From the NCBI GenBank assembly GCA_038087875.1, contig CM075997.1, forward strand, positions 248,001 through 312,000: a stretch of DNA of 64,000 nt. Reading direction: 5' to 3'. Every line of letters starts with the position of its first letter. Position 1 is the stretch's first letter. The position numbers and the translations under genes were made by a program. Source of the stretch: Malacoraja senta. Lineage: Eukaryota. Below the pieces are notes generated by a model. It worked only from the letters and a program-made list of their open reading frames with translations. It was not told where the DNA came from and made no database searches. This document shows positions 49,601-63,000 of the stretch, piece after piece.

Positions 49601-50594
49601 TGGGGAGAAAACGGATGGGAAAATGGGAACGTCACCTATCCATTCCCTCCATAGATGCTGCCTGACCCACTGAGTTACTCCAGCTGTGTGTTTTGCTCAA
49701 GGTCCCAACATCTGTATCTCAGCCGTGGCCTTCACGATCTCCCAGTCGCCAACCATTTCAACCCATTACCACACGGACTTGTCTGTCCTGGGCCTCCTCC
49801 ATTGCCAGATCGAGTCCACACGCAAAATTCTCCTCATCTCCTTCCCAAAAGATCGTCCTCTAATTCTGAGGCTGTGCCCTCTAGTCCTGGACTCTCCCAC
49901 TGGTGGAAACATCCTGTCCACATCCACTTTTCACAACTTTTTCACACAGAGAGTTGTGAGTCTGTGGAATTCTCTGCCTCAGAGGGCGGTGGAGGCCGGT
50001 TCTCTGGATACTTTCAAGAGAGAGCTAGATGGGGCTCTTAAAGATAGCGGAGTCAGGGGATATGGGGAGAAGGCATGAACGGGGTACAGATTGTGGATGA
50101 TCAGCCACGATCACACTGAATGGCGGTGCTGGCTCGAAGGGCCAAATGGCCTACTCCTGCACCTATTGTCACTCTATCCAAGCCTTTCACTATTCTGTAT
50201 GTTTCAATGAAGTCCCCCCCCCTCATTCTAAACTCTGCACATGTGGTGGTGCAGGGGCTGCAGTTCCTGCCGAGCCTTTTGTAACGTGGAGAGGTGCGGA
50301 TCATCACTTTCACGTCTGCTGTCGACATTAGTTTCACTTCAGGAACTGTGTGCTGAGGTTTGTCTGCACCCAGTGAAACCCAAACCATTCGAGCTGCTCG
50401 AGCTTCCTCAACCCAGTTCTTTGTTCTTCCCACATCGCAGCAACTCTGACGGTCTCTGCTGCCTCTCGAATTCCGCCGCGCCTTTCCAGCTCGCATCCTA
50501 ACGTTCCCTCACGGGACTTTGCGCAGTTCTCCATGTCGTAGCCGCTCCTTCAGTGTTCGAGAGAAAATGGGGAGCCGCGATACCATCCAACAAA

Positions 50595-50780
50595 GGTAGA
50601 CAAAAGTGCTGGAGAAACTCAGCGGGTGAGGCAGCATCTATGGAGCGAAGGAAATAGGCAACGTTTCCGGCCGAAACCCTTCTTCAGACCTTTGCTCCGT
50701 AGATGCTGCTGCACCCGCTGAGTTTCTCCAGCATTTTTGTCTACCTTCGATTTTCCAGCATCTGCAGTTCCTTCTTGAAC
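50595..50780. mobile_element. Palindromic Penelope-derived mini-element with a minus-strand hammerhead variant
   Basis: 15-bp TSD ataccatccaacaaa (50580-50594 and 50781-50795). Confidence 0.75.
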
Positions 50781-50943
50781 ATACCATCCAACAAAATGGC
50801 CCATAATCTGCAGAAGGGTCTCGACCCGAAATGTCACCCCTTCCCAGATAGACACAAACAGGCAGCATCTGTGGAGAGAAGGAATGGGTGACGTTTCGCA
50901 AAGTGCTGGAGTAACTCAGCGGGTCAGGCAGCATCTGTGGAGA

Positions 50944-51143
50944 NNNNNNNNNNNNNNNNNNNNNNNNNNNNNNNNNNNNNNNNNNNNNNNNNNNNNNNNN
51001 NNNNNNNNNNNNNNNNNNNNNNNNNNNNNNNNNNNNNNNNNNNNNNNNNNNNNNNNNNNNNNNNNNNNNNNNNNNNNNNNNNNNNNNNNNNNNNNNNNNN
51101 NNNNNNNNNNNNNNNNNNNNNNNNNNNNNNNNNNNNNNNNNNN
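50944..51143. other. Assembly gap (200 N)
   Basis: N run, flanked on the left by a 66-bp repeat unit and on the right by a garbled EML exon. Confidence 1.
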
Positions 51144-51283
51144 GTTCAGATGCAAGGGCACAGCAACACCACACGTGGGCCCCACACACCTGCTCATCGC
51201 CCAGTCAACGTGACAAGGTGGGCTTCAAGCAACGAGCGGCTCAAACACAGAGCGGTGGGACACGGACACACAGAGGACACCCG

Positions 51284-51358
51284 GACAGCCGACTCCTCGC
51301 TACAGCTGACGATTTTGGAAAAGTAAACCTGTTTTCATATCCCTGCTCGCAACCTCGG
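51284..51358 (+). CDS. EML2: EML-family penultimate exon, readable 3' part (DSRLLATADDFGKVNLFSYPCSQPR); 5' part garbled
   Basis: ADDFGKV.LFSYPC.QPR is the EML1-4 WD40/TAPE signature. Donor CGG|gtaagt, phase 0. EML2 rather than EML1 is inferred from linkage to MEIOSIN as on human 19q13.32. Confidence 0.8.
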
Positions 51359-53953
51359 GTAAGTACGTGACGTGATTTCAGGTTCCCTTTGCAAGGGGCG
51401 GCGTGGTAGGACAGCGGGTAGTGCTGCTGCCTCACAGTGCCAGAGACCCTGGTTTGATCCTGACTACGGGTGCTGTCTGTAAGGAGTTTGCACGTTCTCC
51501 CCGTGACCACGTGTATTTGCTCTGGTTTATTCCCACAATACAAATACGTACTGGTTTGTTGCCTTCAGTAAGTTGTAAAAATATCCCCAGTATGTAGGAT
51601 ACTGCTAATGTATGATTGCTGGTCAGTGCAGACTCGGTGGGCCGAAGGGCCTGTTTCTGTGTTATATCTCTAAATAAGGCTGAGGCCTAATGTTATAAGT
51701 AACAGGGCTGTGGATAATATTAATCGAGTGGCAGTGTGCAGGCAGGTAGCGAGACTGCTTGGTAAAAAAATCTATCACCTGCCAGACTTTGTCCTGCCCG
51801 TCTCTTCCAACGTCCCACCCTGCCCCCTCCTACAATCACTCTGCAGACGTGCCCCGATCTGAAACGTCACCTATCCATGTTCTCCACAGATGCTGCCTGA
51901 CCCGCTGAGTTACTCCAGCACTCTGTGAAACGTCACCTATCCATGTTCTCCACAGATGCTGCCTGACCGCTGAGTTACTCCAGCACTCTGTGAAACGTCA
52001 CCTATCCATGTTCTCCACAGATGCTGCCTGACCCGCTGAGTTGCTGAGTTTTTATTGTATTGTAAATATTATTTTTAATAATTGAAGAAATGTTTTGATT
52101 TAAAGAAAAAGGATGCTGCCCGGATTAGAGAGCATTAATGTTTAGGAGAGAGTAGAAATAAAGAACTGCAGGTGCTGGTTTATACCAAAGATAGGTACAA
52201 AGTGCTGGAGTAACTCAGCGGGACGGGCAGCATCTCTGGAGAAAAGGAATAGGTGACGTTTCGGGTCGAGACCCTTAAGGGTCTCGACCCAAAACGTCAC
52301 CTATTCCTTTTCTCCAGAGATGTTATGTGACCCGCTGAGTTACTCCAGCACTCTGTGAAACGTCACCTATCCATGTTCCCCACAGATGCTGCCTGACCCG
52401 CTGAGTTACTCCAGCACTCTGTGAAACGTCACCTATCCATGTTCCCCACAGATGCTGCCTGAAACAGGCCCTTCGGCCCACTGAGTCCAAGCTGACCTTC
52501 GACCACCCGTTCACACTAGTTCTATGCTATCCCATTTTCTCATCCACTCCCTACACACTAGGGACTATTTACAGAAGGCAATTAACCAACAATCCCGGAG
52601 GTCTTTGGGATGTGAGAGGAAACTGGAGCACCGGGAGGAAACCCAATCAGTCACAGAGAGAACGTGCAAACTCCACACAGACAGCACCTGTCGGCAGGAT
52701 TGAACCCGGGTCTCTGGCGCTGTGAGGCAGCAGTTTTACCACCGCACCCCTGTGCCACTGATCGATGGTCGGTGAGATCTCAGTGGGCCGAATGGCCTGT
52801 TTCCCATGTCGTGTCTTTTGCAATCGACGTTTGGGATGTGGGAGGGAACCGGAGCACCCGGACTAAACCCACGGGGTCGCAAGGAGAACATGTAAACTCC
52901 ACATAGGTATCTGGTGTGTCTGTCGCTGTGAGGTAGCCGTCTACCCCACTGAGCCTCCTTGTTCCTGTTCTTGAGTGGCGTTGTCGCCTGTGAATCTGAC
53001 CAGACTGGGTGTGTGTGTGTCAGCAAATGCCTGATGCCTATGTTAGAACTCAGTGACGTGCGTCCAATCCCGGCCGTGGTTTGGAGCCGTTCACGGTATT
53101 TGATGCAACATATATCACGTATGCAATGAGGTGAAACATTCACCAAAGTCTGGCCATTTTCTTTTTATACGCATGTAACAATAATTTCCGTGGTCAATGA
53201 TTATAAATTGGACTGCTACCCTTGTAATTTATTCGCCACCCAAGATAGCCCGGGCGTTGAGCATTCTGCCAACTTGGCAGAGGAACCCTCCTCCCAAACA
53301 TATTCTGCCCCTCCCTTTCCTGTAAGATCTTTCCTTCATCCTCCCACTTGAATTGCATCAAACATTTAGCGTGGAAGCAGGCCCTTCAGCCCACCAGTTC
53401 CATGTTATCCCACTTTCCCATCCACTCCTTGCACACTACTAGGGGGCAATTAGCCTACAAACCCGCGCGTCTTTGGGAAGTGGGAGGATTCCCACCCCGT
53501 CACGGGGGGGGGGAACGTGCAAACTCCACACAGACACAGCACCCGAGGTTGGGATCGAACCTGGGTCTCTGGCGCGGTGAGGCAGCAGCTCTACCCGCTG
53601 CACCACTGTGCTGACCAGCTGCTGTCTGACCTGCTGAATTCCTCCAACACTTTGTGCATAAGATGTACGACTACTCACGGCCATCCAGGCTTCACGTGTC
53701 GACATGTCGCGGGGTGACGCCTGTACGGCCGTGAGTAGTCGCCCAAAGAGTCGTACCTTTTTCTGGACGCTGCTGCATTTTCAACATGTTGGATATTTTC
53801 GGCGACCTGCTGCGGCTAATGACGGGTGCCGGCAAGTCGCCGAAAAAAACCGCGTGAGTGGGACAGTCCCTTAATGGTTAAACTAATCTCTAATGACCCC
53901 GATCACAGCAAGTGTGCTGCAACTGTGTTTGTGTTTGTGTTTCTTTCCTGCAG

Positions 53954-54079
53954 GCACCATGTCACAAGTACAGTGGCCACAGCAGTCATGTGACCAACGT
54001 GACCTTTCTCCACGACAGCGGCAGTCTCATCTCCATCGGTGGGAAGGACACCAGCGTCATTCAGTGGAGCGTTCTCTAG
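53954..54079 (+). CDS. EML2: EML-family last coding exon (APCHKYSGHSSHVTNVTFLHDSGSLISIGGKDTSVIQWSVL*)
   Basis: Acceptor gtttctttcctgcag, GHSSHVTNV...GGKDTS..QW EML C-terminus, TAG at 54077-54079. Orthology to EML2 rests on synteny and the short C-terminus. Confidence 0.85.
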   Translation, partial: APCHKYSGHSSHVTNVTFLHDSGSLISIGGKDTSVIQWSVL

Positions 54080-57000
54080 ATTACGGCACTTATTCCAGAG
54101 GTGCATCCCAGCTGTGCGAGTCGGGAGGTGCTACGAAACTCTCAGCGTGTCCATTCTTGGGACACCCCCACAAGTTGCCATTTTGCTATTTCTTTTTACT
54201 GGGAGGATGTGGGGCGTTTACGTTGCCTCGTGTTTAGTGTCAATATCTGCACTGAACTCTTCCAAGGAGATCTGTTCCTTTGGATAGAGTGACACTCGCT
54301 AGACTTGAGGACAATCCCAATGCATCCTTCAAATCCATCCTCAAACTCTCTCTCCCTTGCGCTCTGCAATTTGCCTCTGTTGCAGTTCCCTCTTGCTGGA
54401 ATCATGCATGTGCGACAGAAGTCTGGGATAGTATAGTCGGTGTGGGGAATGGCTCCCTGGCTCGCTTTGAAATTCGAAGAGGAGGTTTTTTTTCCAATTT
54501 GGGAGGCGGGGGGAAAAGTAGGGAGGTTGGAGTTGTAAGGGAAGAAGAGAAAGGACTAGAAGTCCATTGCTGTCCAAAACGTTCCTGATATAGATGGAAG
54601 GAACTGCAGATGCTGGTTTACAAGAAAGCCACAAAGTGGTGGAATAACTTAGCATCTCTGGAGGTCGTGGATAGACTACTTTCTGAGTCGGGACCCTTCA
54701 GACCGAAATGCTGTCTGTCCATTTCCCTCTACAAGGAAATGGACAGAAGACATTTTAGTCTGAAGAAGGGGCCCAGCCTCAAACGTTGTCTATCCATGTC
54801 CTCAAAAGGTCATAAGTGATAGGAGTAGAATTAGGCCATTCGGCCCATCAAGTCTACTCCGCCATTCAATCATGGCTGATCTATCTCTCCCTCCTAACCC
54901 CATTCTCCTGCCTTCTCCCCATAACCTCTGAAACCCAAACTAATCAAGAATCTATCTATCTCTGCCTTAAAAATATCCACTGACTTGTGGCCTCCACAGC
55001 CTTCTGTGGCAAAGCATTTCCACAGATTCACCACCCTCTGACTGAAGAAATTTCCCCTCATTTTCCTAAAAGAACGTCCTTTAATTCTGAGGCTATAATC
55101 TCTGGTCCTCCAGAGATGCTGCCTGACCCACGGAGTTACTCCAGCACTTGGTGACCTTCTCAACCTGGGAAGGTTCATTCCACTTTGAACCGGGAAGTTT
55201 AAAACAAAATCTTGCACCATATGAAGGCCATCCAATTGGATATTTCTGGAGGCGACAGGATATCCACTGCCTTATCATTCCTTTTTGATTCCCCTTCGAA
55301 ATCTGAATTACGAGCCCCAAAACTGCACCATGTGGTGAGAATGGAATTGTTGTGAATCTTTTTTTCTTCCTTCTACTGAGAAAGCCAGGGTTTGCAGTGA
55401 CTCTCTTGGTGTTGCTTAACTTGTTGGGGATTTTAGTGGGAGCCTTGAAACGTTTCCAGTCCGTTCCTGTGCTGGAATCATCAAAGAGCCAGGGTAAAGG
55501 TGGAGGTTGAATTGGAAGCATTAGTTGCCTTGGCTTGAGTCCCAATCACAAATTGTTCTGAAGTAAAATACCATCAGGGCTGCCTACCACACTTTGTGCG
55601 AGTAAAATTAAATAACAAATTATATGGACTTTTTACTCGATTCCCACAAAGTGATAGATTGCAATCATTGGGGAAAGATTGTGGTTTGAGAAAGCCCTTA
55701 TTTATTTTTTTGGGGGTGGAATTGTTTTGGGTTTTTGGTTTATGTCTGGGGTATTGCATAAATGTTGGACTCTGTGAGATACTGGCATCTAATCTCCCCA
55801 ATGGGTGACCCTAGATTTCCTTTCTTTTAGCTTTGTGGGTGGCTGGCTCTTGGGGTCTTTTTTTTATGTGTGATCTGACCTGACACACTAAATCTCTGGG
55901 CGTTTCATTTAATGGTTTATCACAAGCTCAGACCCACAGTGTCAGAGCTGCAAGTTGTGACGTTGGAGTGGGTCTGACTGAAGCAACGTGAGCTGGCATC
56001 ATTAACCTCGCATTGTGAAGGACCATTGAGACAGGAGAGGAGATGCAAGGAACTGCAGATGTTGGAACCTTGTGGAGAACACAAAGTGCTGGAGTAACTC
56101 AGCGGGTCAGCCGGCATGAGGACATGAGTTGGCGACATTTTGGGTCAACCTGCCACCTACCAGCACCCTTCTACAACACTAGCACCAACCCTGGTTGGGT
56201 CTGAAGTTGGAGACTGGGATAGGGTGATTTGTTACCTTGTTATTGGCCCTCCATGACATAAATTGCAAACGATTTTCTCAGGTAGACAAAAATGCTGGAG
56301 AAACATCTATGGAGCGAAGGAAATAGGCGACGTTTTGGGTCAAGACCCGTCTTCAGATTTTCTCACACCCATTAAAACAGGCTCATTAAAACTCTCGAGC
56401 CAACGAGAGATGGGCAGGAGAGATGTCCATCTCTGTAGCATCTTTGTTTTGAGACGCTGCAATGCAGGTGGATGATTGAGGCCAGCAAGTTGCGTTGAAT
56501 ATTTCAAATATCTGGTGGCAGAGGCAAATGTTACAGAGGAGGGGAAAATTGTTAATCCCAGCCCTCAGCCAATCATGAACTTCCTGTAACTTTGGCTTCT
56601 CAGCAAAGTTCCACAACCCAACGATGAGATTGAACACGTCGCGGCCATCTGATGCAATGACCTATAATGGGCAATGGTATTTTAATTGAATTTCCCAATT
56701 CTCTGAAACAGGTTGTGAGAAGGGGAAATTTTCATTCTCGCATTTTTTTTTCTAACGTCTAGAAACAACGTTTTTACAGTGCGGGAAGAGGTCAGGCAGG
56801 GGTTGGGTCTAAATTCCAACGCTGATCCGATACCCAGCTCTCTCCTTGTCACCTGAAACTTTCTTTGCTTCAGGAAGTCAAAGGGCACCAGTACCTGGCA
56901 CGGTGTGAGCAGTCTGTCGTTCAAAATACTCCCTATTTTGACCCCTGGGTGAGTTTATAACTTGGAGAAACCCCCCCCCCCGCCAAGTAGTTTTAGCAGT

Positions 57001-60000
57001 TTTGATTTTGTTTTCCACATGACTTTTGTTTTACAAAGAAAGAGATTTAAGAAATATATTTCTTGATTGAACATGCAGAAATTTATTTGATTCATTCAGA
57101 TGTAAATGTGTGTATTTTCTCAGGTGAGATTTGTAAGATAATTATTTTGTGTTACATTAAGAATAGATATTGATATTGAACACCTTCATCTGCAGCGAGT
57201 TGATTTTCTGCTTGTTTGCTAGTTTGATAGTCTGCTAGTTCGATAGTTCTAAGAGTCACCAGCGTTTGGAAGGATGGGCTCTATTGAGTAGGGGGGACTG
57301 ATTATCCTTTTATTTATTAAGTTCAGTTATATGTTGGCAGAAATACTGCCGAGAGGATCGTTCTACCCTTCGCAGAGAGGCACAGCCTTGTCTTTGTTCA
57401 TTTCTGGAAGGGAAATACTTTAATTTAATAATTAACTTAATTTCAAGGAAATATATAATTGAACGAGCTCTAGACTGAAACTGATAGGTAGCTTTTGGCT
57501 GAGTCATACTCCTACAGTGTGGAATCAAGCCCTTCGGCCCAACTTGCCCACATCGGCCGACATGTCTCCTCTACACTAGTCCCACCCACCTGCGTTTGGC
57601 CCATATCCCTCCAAACCTGCCCTATCCATGTACCTATTTGTTTCTTGAACGTTGCCATGGTACCTGCCTCAACTACCTCCTCCTGTAACTCATCTACCAA
57701 TCTTTGCATGAACAAGTTCCTATTAAATCTCCCCCCCCCCCCCTCACCTTGAACCTTTAGTTCTCGATTCCACTACTCTGGGCACGAGACTCTGTGCGTC
57801 TACCTGATCTATTCCTCACGTGAGGCTTTGACTTGCTAGCATGCGTTACAAGCGGTAGAACTGTTGCCCCATAGAGCTAGTGACCCAGGTCTACCCTGAC
57901 CTCTGCCGCCATCTGTATCTTTTATTTCCCCTCTCAACTGTGTGGGCTCCGCACATCCCAAAAGCATGCAGATCAGTAGGTTGATTGATCACTGTACACT
58001 GCCCCAAGTGTGTAGGTGAGAATGTGGGATAATTAAAAACGGGATTGGTGTCAATGGCAGGTGAGGACTCAATAGACAATAGGTGCAGGAGTAGGCCATT
58101 CGGCCCTTCGAGCCAGCACCGCCATTCAATGTGATCTTGGCTGATCATCCCCAATCAGTACCCCGTTCCTGCCTTCCCCCCATATCCCCTGACTCCGCTA
58201 TTTTTAAGAGCCCTATCTAGCTCTCTTTTGAAAGCATCCAGAGAACCTGCCTCCACCGCCCTCTGAGGCAGAGAATTCCACAGACTCACCACTCTCTGTG
58301 AGAAAAAGTGTTTTCTCATCTCTGTTCTAAATGGCTTACTCCTTATTCTTAAACTGTGTGGCCCCTGGTTCTGGACTCCCCCAACATCGGGAACATGTTT
58401 CCTGCCTCTAGCGTGTCCAAACCCTTAGCAATCTTATATGTTTCAATGAAATCCCCTCTCATCCAACTCAATGGGCCAAGGAGCCTGTGTCTTAGCTGAA
58501 TCTCTCTGACTCTATGACTACCACCCCATGGAAATGAAGACACACCATGTGTGACTCAGTCTAGCAGGCAACGTTCCTCAGTAACAAGAGATCCTCAAAC
58601 ATAATTACGATTCTACCATTGGGTGAAGATGTCCCTGGATGTTCTCCAGTATCTCAGTGAAACATGGGAGCTCAGAAACGGGGGCATTAGTCAAGTCAGG
58701 TCAAGAGAGTTTATTGTCATATGTCCCAGATAGGACAATGAAATTCTTGCATTAAACCAACTAGGATCCTGGAGAAAGCGTCACAATTGCCAAGGGTTGA
58801 GGCTCATTGGAACTTCTCACCAAAAAACACACCTTAAAATAACTTTTCCACCTTGATTAATTTAATTTGGACTTCTTGGCTACCATTGAATTGCTGCTGA
58901 AGGCATGAGAACTAATGGTGGTTTCATTAAAGATGAAGACACAAGGAACTGCAGATGCTGGTTCACAACAAAAGGCACAAAGTAATTCAGCGGATCAGGC
59001 ATTTATCTCTGGAGAATCGTGGTGTGAAGATGGGTCCCAGCCCTGAAATGTCGCCTATCCACGTTCTCTGGAGATGCTGTCAGATCCGCTGACTTACTCC
59101 AGCCCTTTGTGTGGATTAATGAAAATCTGGCTTCCAAGAAAGAATTGAAGACACTTAGCGCAAAGGTGCGAGGCATCTGATCGTGTCAACCCCACCGAAC
59201 TTCCCGCGAGAATCGATTGAACGAAAATGCACATTTTGCCCAAATCGGCACAAGTAGAAGAAGAATTCTGATTGGCTGAAGGTATTAGCCATAAAACATT
59301 TCATTTGTCCAGAGTATCATTCATTCATTCATTCAATTGTCACTTGGTGGTCAAACAAATGCAACTGAAGGCATTGTAATGTAATGTAGAGGCATTATTG
59401 GTAAGTGGAACTCTGTGGTCTCAAGTTATATTCTGGTGAAGCTGTTTTGTATTTTTGCAGGATCCCGTTGCGATCTGTCAGTGGACTCAACTGTTTTCAA
59501 ACCCAATGCACATCACTCTTTTGTTAGTGCCTGAATGCTGTATTGGTGTTTTGCTAAGTGTGACGTTATTAGTAACTAAGTGGGAATCTATTGCACATGA
59601 ATTGACCATCAAGTTATTTTCTTTGTGTGTGTGTGTGTCTTCACATTTCCTCTTCCCTTCTGGAAACCCTCAGAGGAGGACGGAGATTGTGATAACTGGC
59701 GAATAACGATGATGGCTGGGAGGCGGACCTATATATTCATTCAATGCCAACTCCGACCCAAAGGGAGTGAGGTTGGCCAATGTGGATAAGTGCAGAAGCC
59801 AAACTTAACACTGGATATCGATCATTAGTTCGGGGGTGGGGGGGAGGAGGATTTCATCACGGTGACCCACAGCCAACTTCAACAGCCTAACTACTGCGTC
59901 AATCAACAGATTGGATAATCTACTGTTCGAAACAGGAAACTATCATGGACAGATTGTGGGATGAAATATTTGGAGCTGTTCCTGAATAATACAGGCGGAC

Positions 60001-63000
60001 TTCACACTTTTTTTTTTTTTTAAAGAGTCCTTTTCAGCTCTTGTTTCACTGAAGACTTGTTCTCTCTGGTTTGTTGGCCATGCACTCACTTGAGCAACAA
60101 CTGATCCACACTTCATCCTCCAATGGTGCTTCTGAATCCTCGTTATGCTGCTAAACTTTTTGAGAAACCTAAGGAGTGAAGAGCGACTCCTCACTGAAAT
60201 GGTTGGAAGACCAGTGCAAGACTCGGGCAATACTCGGCGTACGCAAGTCAGCCGAGAGAGGATGCCATGCGCGGCAGGGGAAGCGAGTGGGACAAGTGTG
60301 GCTGGTTTCATGGTGTGGTTACTTCTGGACCAAGGCGCAGGCTGATACACAGAAGGGAGGAAAGATAGTGGTGAATTCTTGCAGCAAATATTGATTTTGC
60401 AAGTGAAGGTAGGCTGGTCAGACTCAAGAGGTTGAGAGTTTTGGAAATTGGATTTTTGGGATGCAGGGGGTAAATTTGCCCCAACCCATCACTCTCTTAC
60501 ACTCTCGGAAACTAGCATCCAACATCCATCAGATGCCCCACCTTTGTCATTCGGGAGGCACACTTATACGTCAATGGTAGTAGAAGATGGAAAAGGTCAT
60601 TGGACAGAAGGTGGTTTGGGATGGAGTTCGCTATAAGTTGAAAGGTTAGAGGCTATTTATAAGAATAATTTTAGGTCATTAGCTGAAAGGATAGCACAGA
60701 GGGTGGTGGTCTTTGACTGACCGTTCAAAGAGGACCAATAGATTGGGGTGATTTTCAATGGAAATCGGAAAATAAAACGTAGATGCCGGAAATCCGAGAT
60801 TTAAAAAAATGCTAGAAACACTCCACCCATCGCTCGAGCACCTTCTGTGGAAAGAAAAACGGCAAATGGGCTCTTCAACAGAACTAATGAGCAAGTTCAA
60901 AACCCAATAACTCGCAAAGGGTTGTGGACCTGAAACAGTAACTGTTTCGATCTCCACAGGAGCTGCCTGAGCCGCAGAATGTTTCCTGCATATTTTTTGT
61001 TCTCTGGATATGTGCAGAAGTAATGAGGATTGTAAGAGGACAGAGACTGGCAGAAGGGACAGATAAGTGGCAGGTGACGTTTAAATGAAGTATGTGAAAA
61101 TGATGTCGTTTTGGCTGAAGGAATAAGAGAATGTGGATAAATTGGCACCGTTCTAAAGGGAGAGGAGTTGCGTGTATATTGGTGCTTAAATCTTGGAAAG
61201 GGTTAGGTCCTGTAGAGGCACGGGTCAACAAAGCACTTGAGGTCCTTGCCTTTGTAAATGGAGGCTTAGAGCACAAGAAAAACAAACACAAAGGGCTGGA
61301 GTATCTCGGAGAGGTCGAGCTTGGAGCACAAAAGAAGGCAGGTTATGTTGAGACGCAAGAGATTGCAAATTCTGGGACCTTGAGAGGAAGAACAAATGGC
61401 TGGAGGAACTCGGTGGGCCAGGCAGCATCTGTGGAGGGAAATCGATGGTCAATATTGTGTCTGTCTAGTTCCCTGCTCGGATGCTGCCTGACCCGTTGAG
61501 TTCCACCTGCAGGTAATGTTGAGCCTTTGGAAAACACCAGTTGGAGTACATCCAGGTTCGATCACCACTCCTCCACACGGATCTGAAAGTCCCGGTGAGG
61601 GTGTGGAATCAATGTACTCAAAGGATGAAGGACTCCAGTGCCAAGATTACCCTGGAGAACATGGGGTGGGTCTTCCCTTGAACAAAGAAGGTTGAAAGAT
61701 CTGACACGTGGACATCAGTAGATAGTTCAAAGGCCAGGGACCACCGGGTGTAAAGAATGAGCAAGAGACTGGTTTCAGAAGGAAAAAATATTGAATGCAT
61801 ATCGGGGCTGCACATTGGTGAGGCGGTAGAGTTGCTGCCTTGCAGAGCTGTCTGTACGGAGTTTGCACGTTCTCCCCGTGACCGTGTGGGTTTTATCCGA
61901 GATCTCCGGTTTCCTCCCACACTCCAAAGACGTATAGGTTTGTAGGTTAATTGGCTTGGTATAAATGTAAAAATTGTCCCTAGTGTGTGTAGGGTGGTGT
62001 TAATGTGTGGGGATCGCTGGTCGGTGCGGACTCGAAGGGTCTGTTTCCGCCCCTGTATCTCCAAACTAAACTAAGAAACTAAATAATTACAATCTGGAAT
62101 TAATTGACTGTGTTTCCGCCAGCGCTTCATGTGTTTCTCATCTCCTCGGAGAAGTTCTTAATTCAATTGCACAGACCTGGTGTGAAGTTTTCATTTTTCC
62201 CAATCGGGATGAGCATTGATATCAAAAAACTGTGCACTTTGTACTTGAAGGGCGGAGATGTGGTCAGGAATGGCTCGGACGGGGGAGCAGGGATGAAATG
62301 AATTGGCTGAAACACTACTTATATATTTTTATAATTATTTAAAAATGCCAGTCTGACTGGAAAATGTTGCTAAGCATTGAGCCATCTCCAAGATGTGACA
62401 GATTCAGTAAAACACGACACACACTGGGCATTCCACTTATAAATGGTGTCCATTGAGCCGAGGTGGGACGCACAGATGGTGCCAACTTTGGCCAATGATT
62501 ACTTGGGGCAATGAGACAGATTGCTTGCAGACAAATATTCCACTGAATGTCCGCTAGTGAGTTGTTACCAAAAATAGACACAAAATGCTGGAGTAACTCA
62601 GCGGGACAGGCAGCATCTCTGGAGAGAAGGAATGGGGTTACCAAGGCAGTTCAGTTCAGAATAGAAGAAAGTCATTGGAACAAGATGATACAAACCCTGT
62701 CGAGGTAAGATTCATGAGTTATCATTGATTATATCTCTGACTCAATTTGTTTATAGATATCCAATACTTATTGTGGACCAAACCTCCCAGTTCTACCTAA
62801 ACCAACACTAAGATACTTTCCTCAGGATTTTTCCCTGGAATGAAAGTTCTTTTGGTAGCTATTCCAAATTGGAAGGCATCCACAATGTTGCCACACACAG
62901 CGCCTGGCATCTAGGTACTTTCTCCTTTTGTTTCAACGGGTTTCCAATTGTGGTAGCGGTGAGGTGCGGGAGATTGGTCAGAGAGCGGTTACCGATTTAG

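Noticed and set aside
50101..50534. GC-rich overlapping ORFs (131, 86 and 66 aa)
   Set aside because: No recognisable homology or convincing splice pair, and the longest ORF runs into CR1 sequence.
59461..59710. Acceptor-like sites followed by short ORFs, considered as GPR4
   Set aside because: No GPCR motifs or long open frame.
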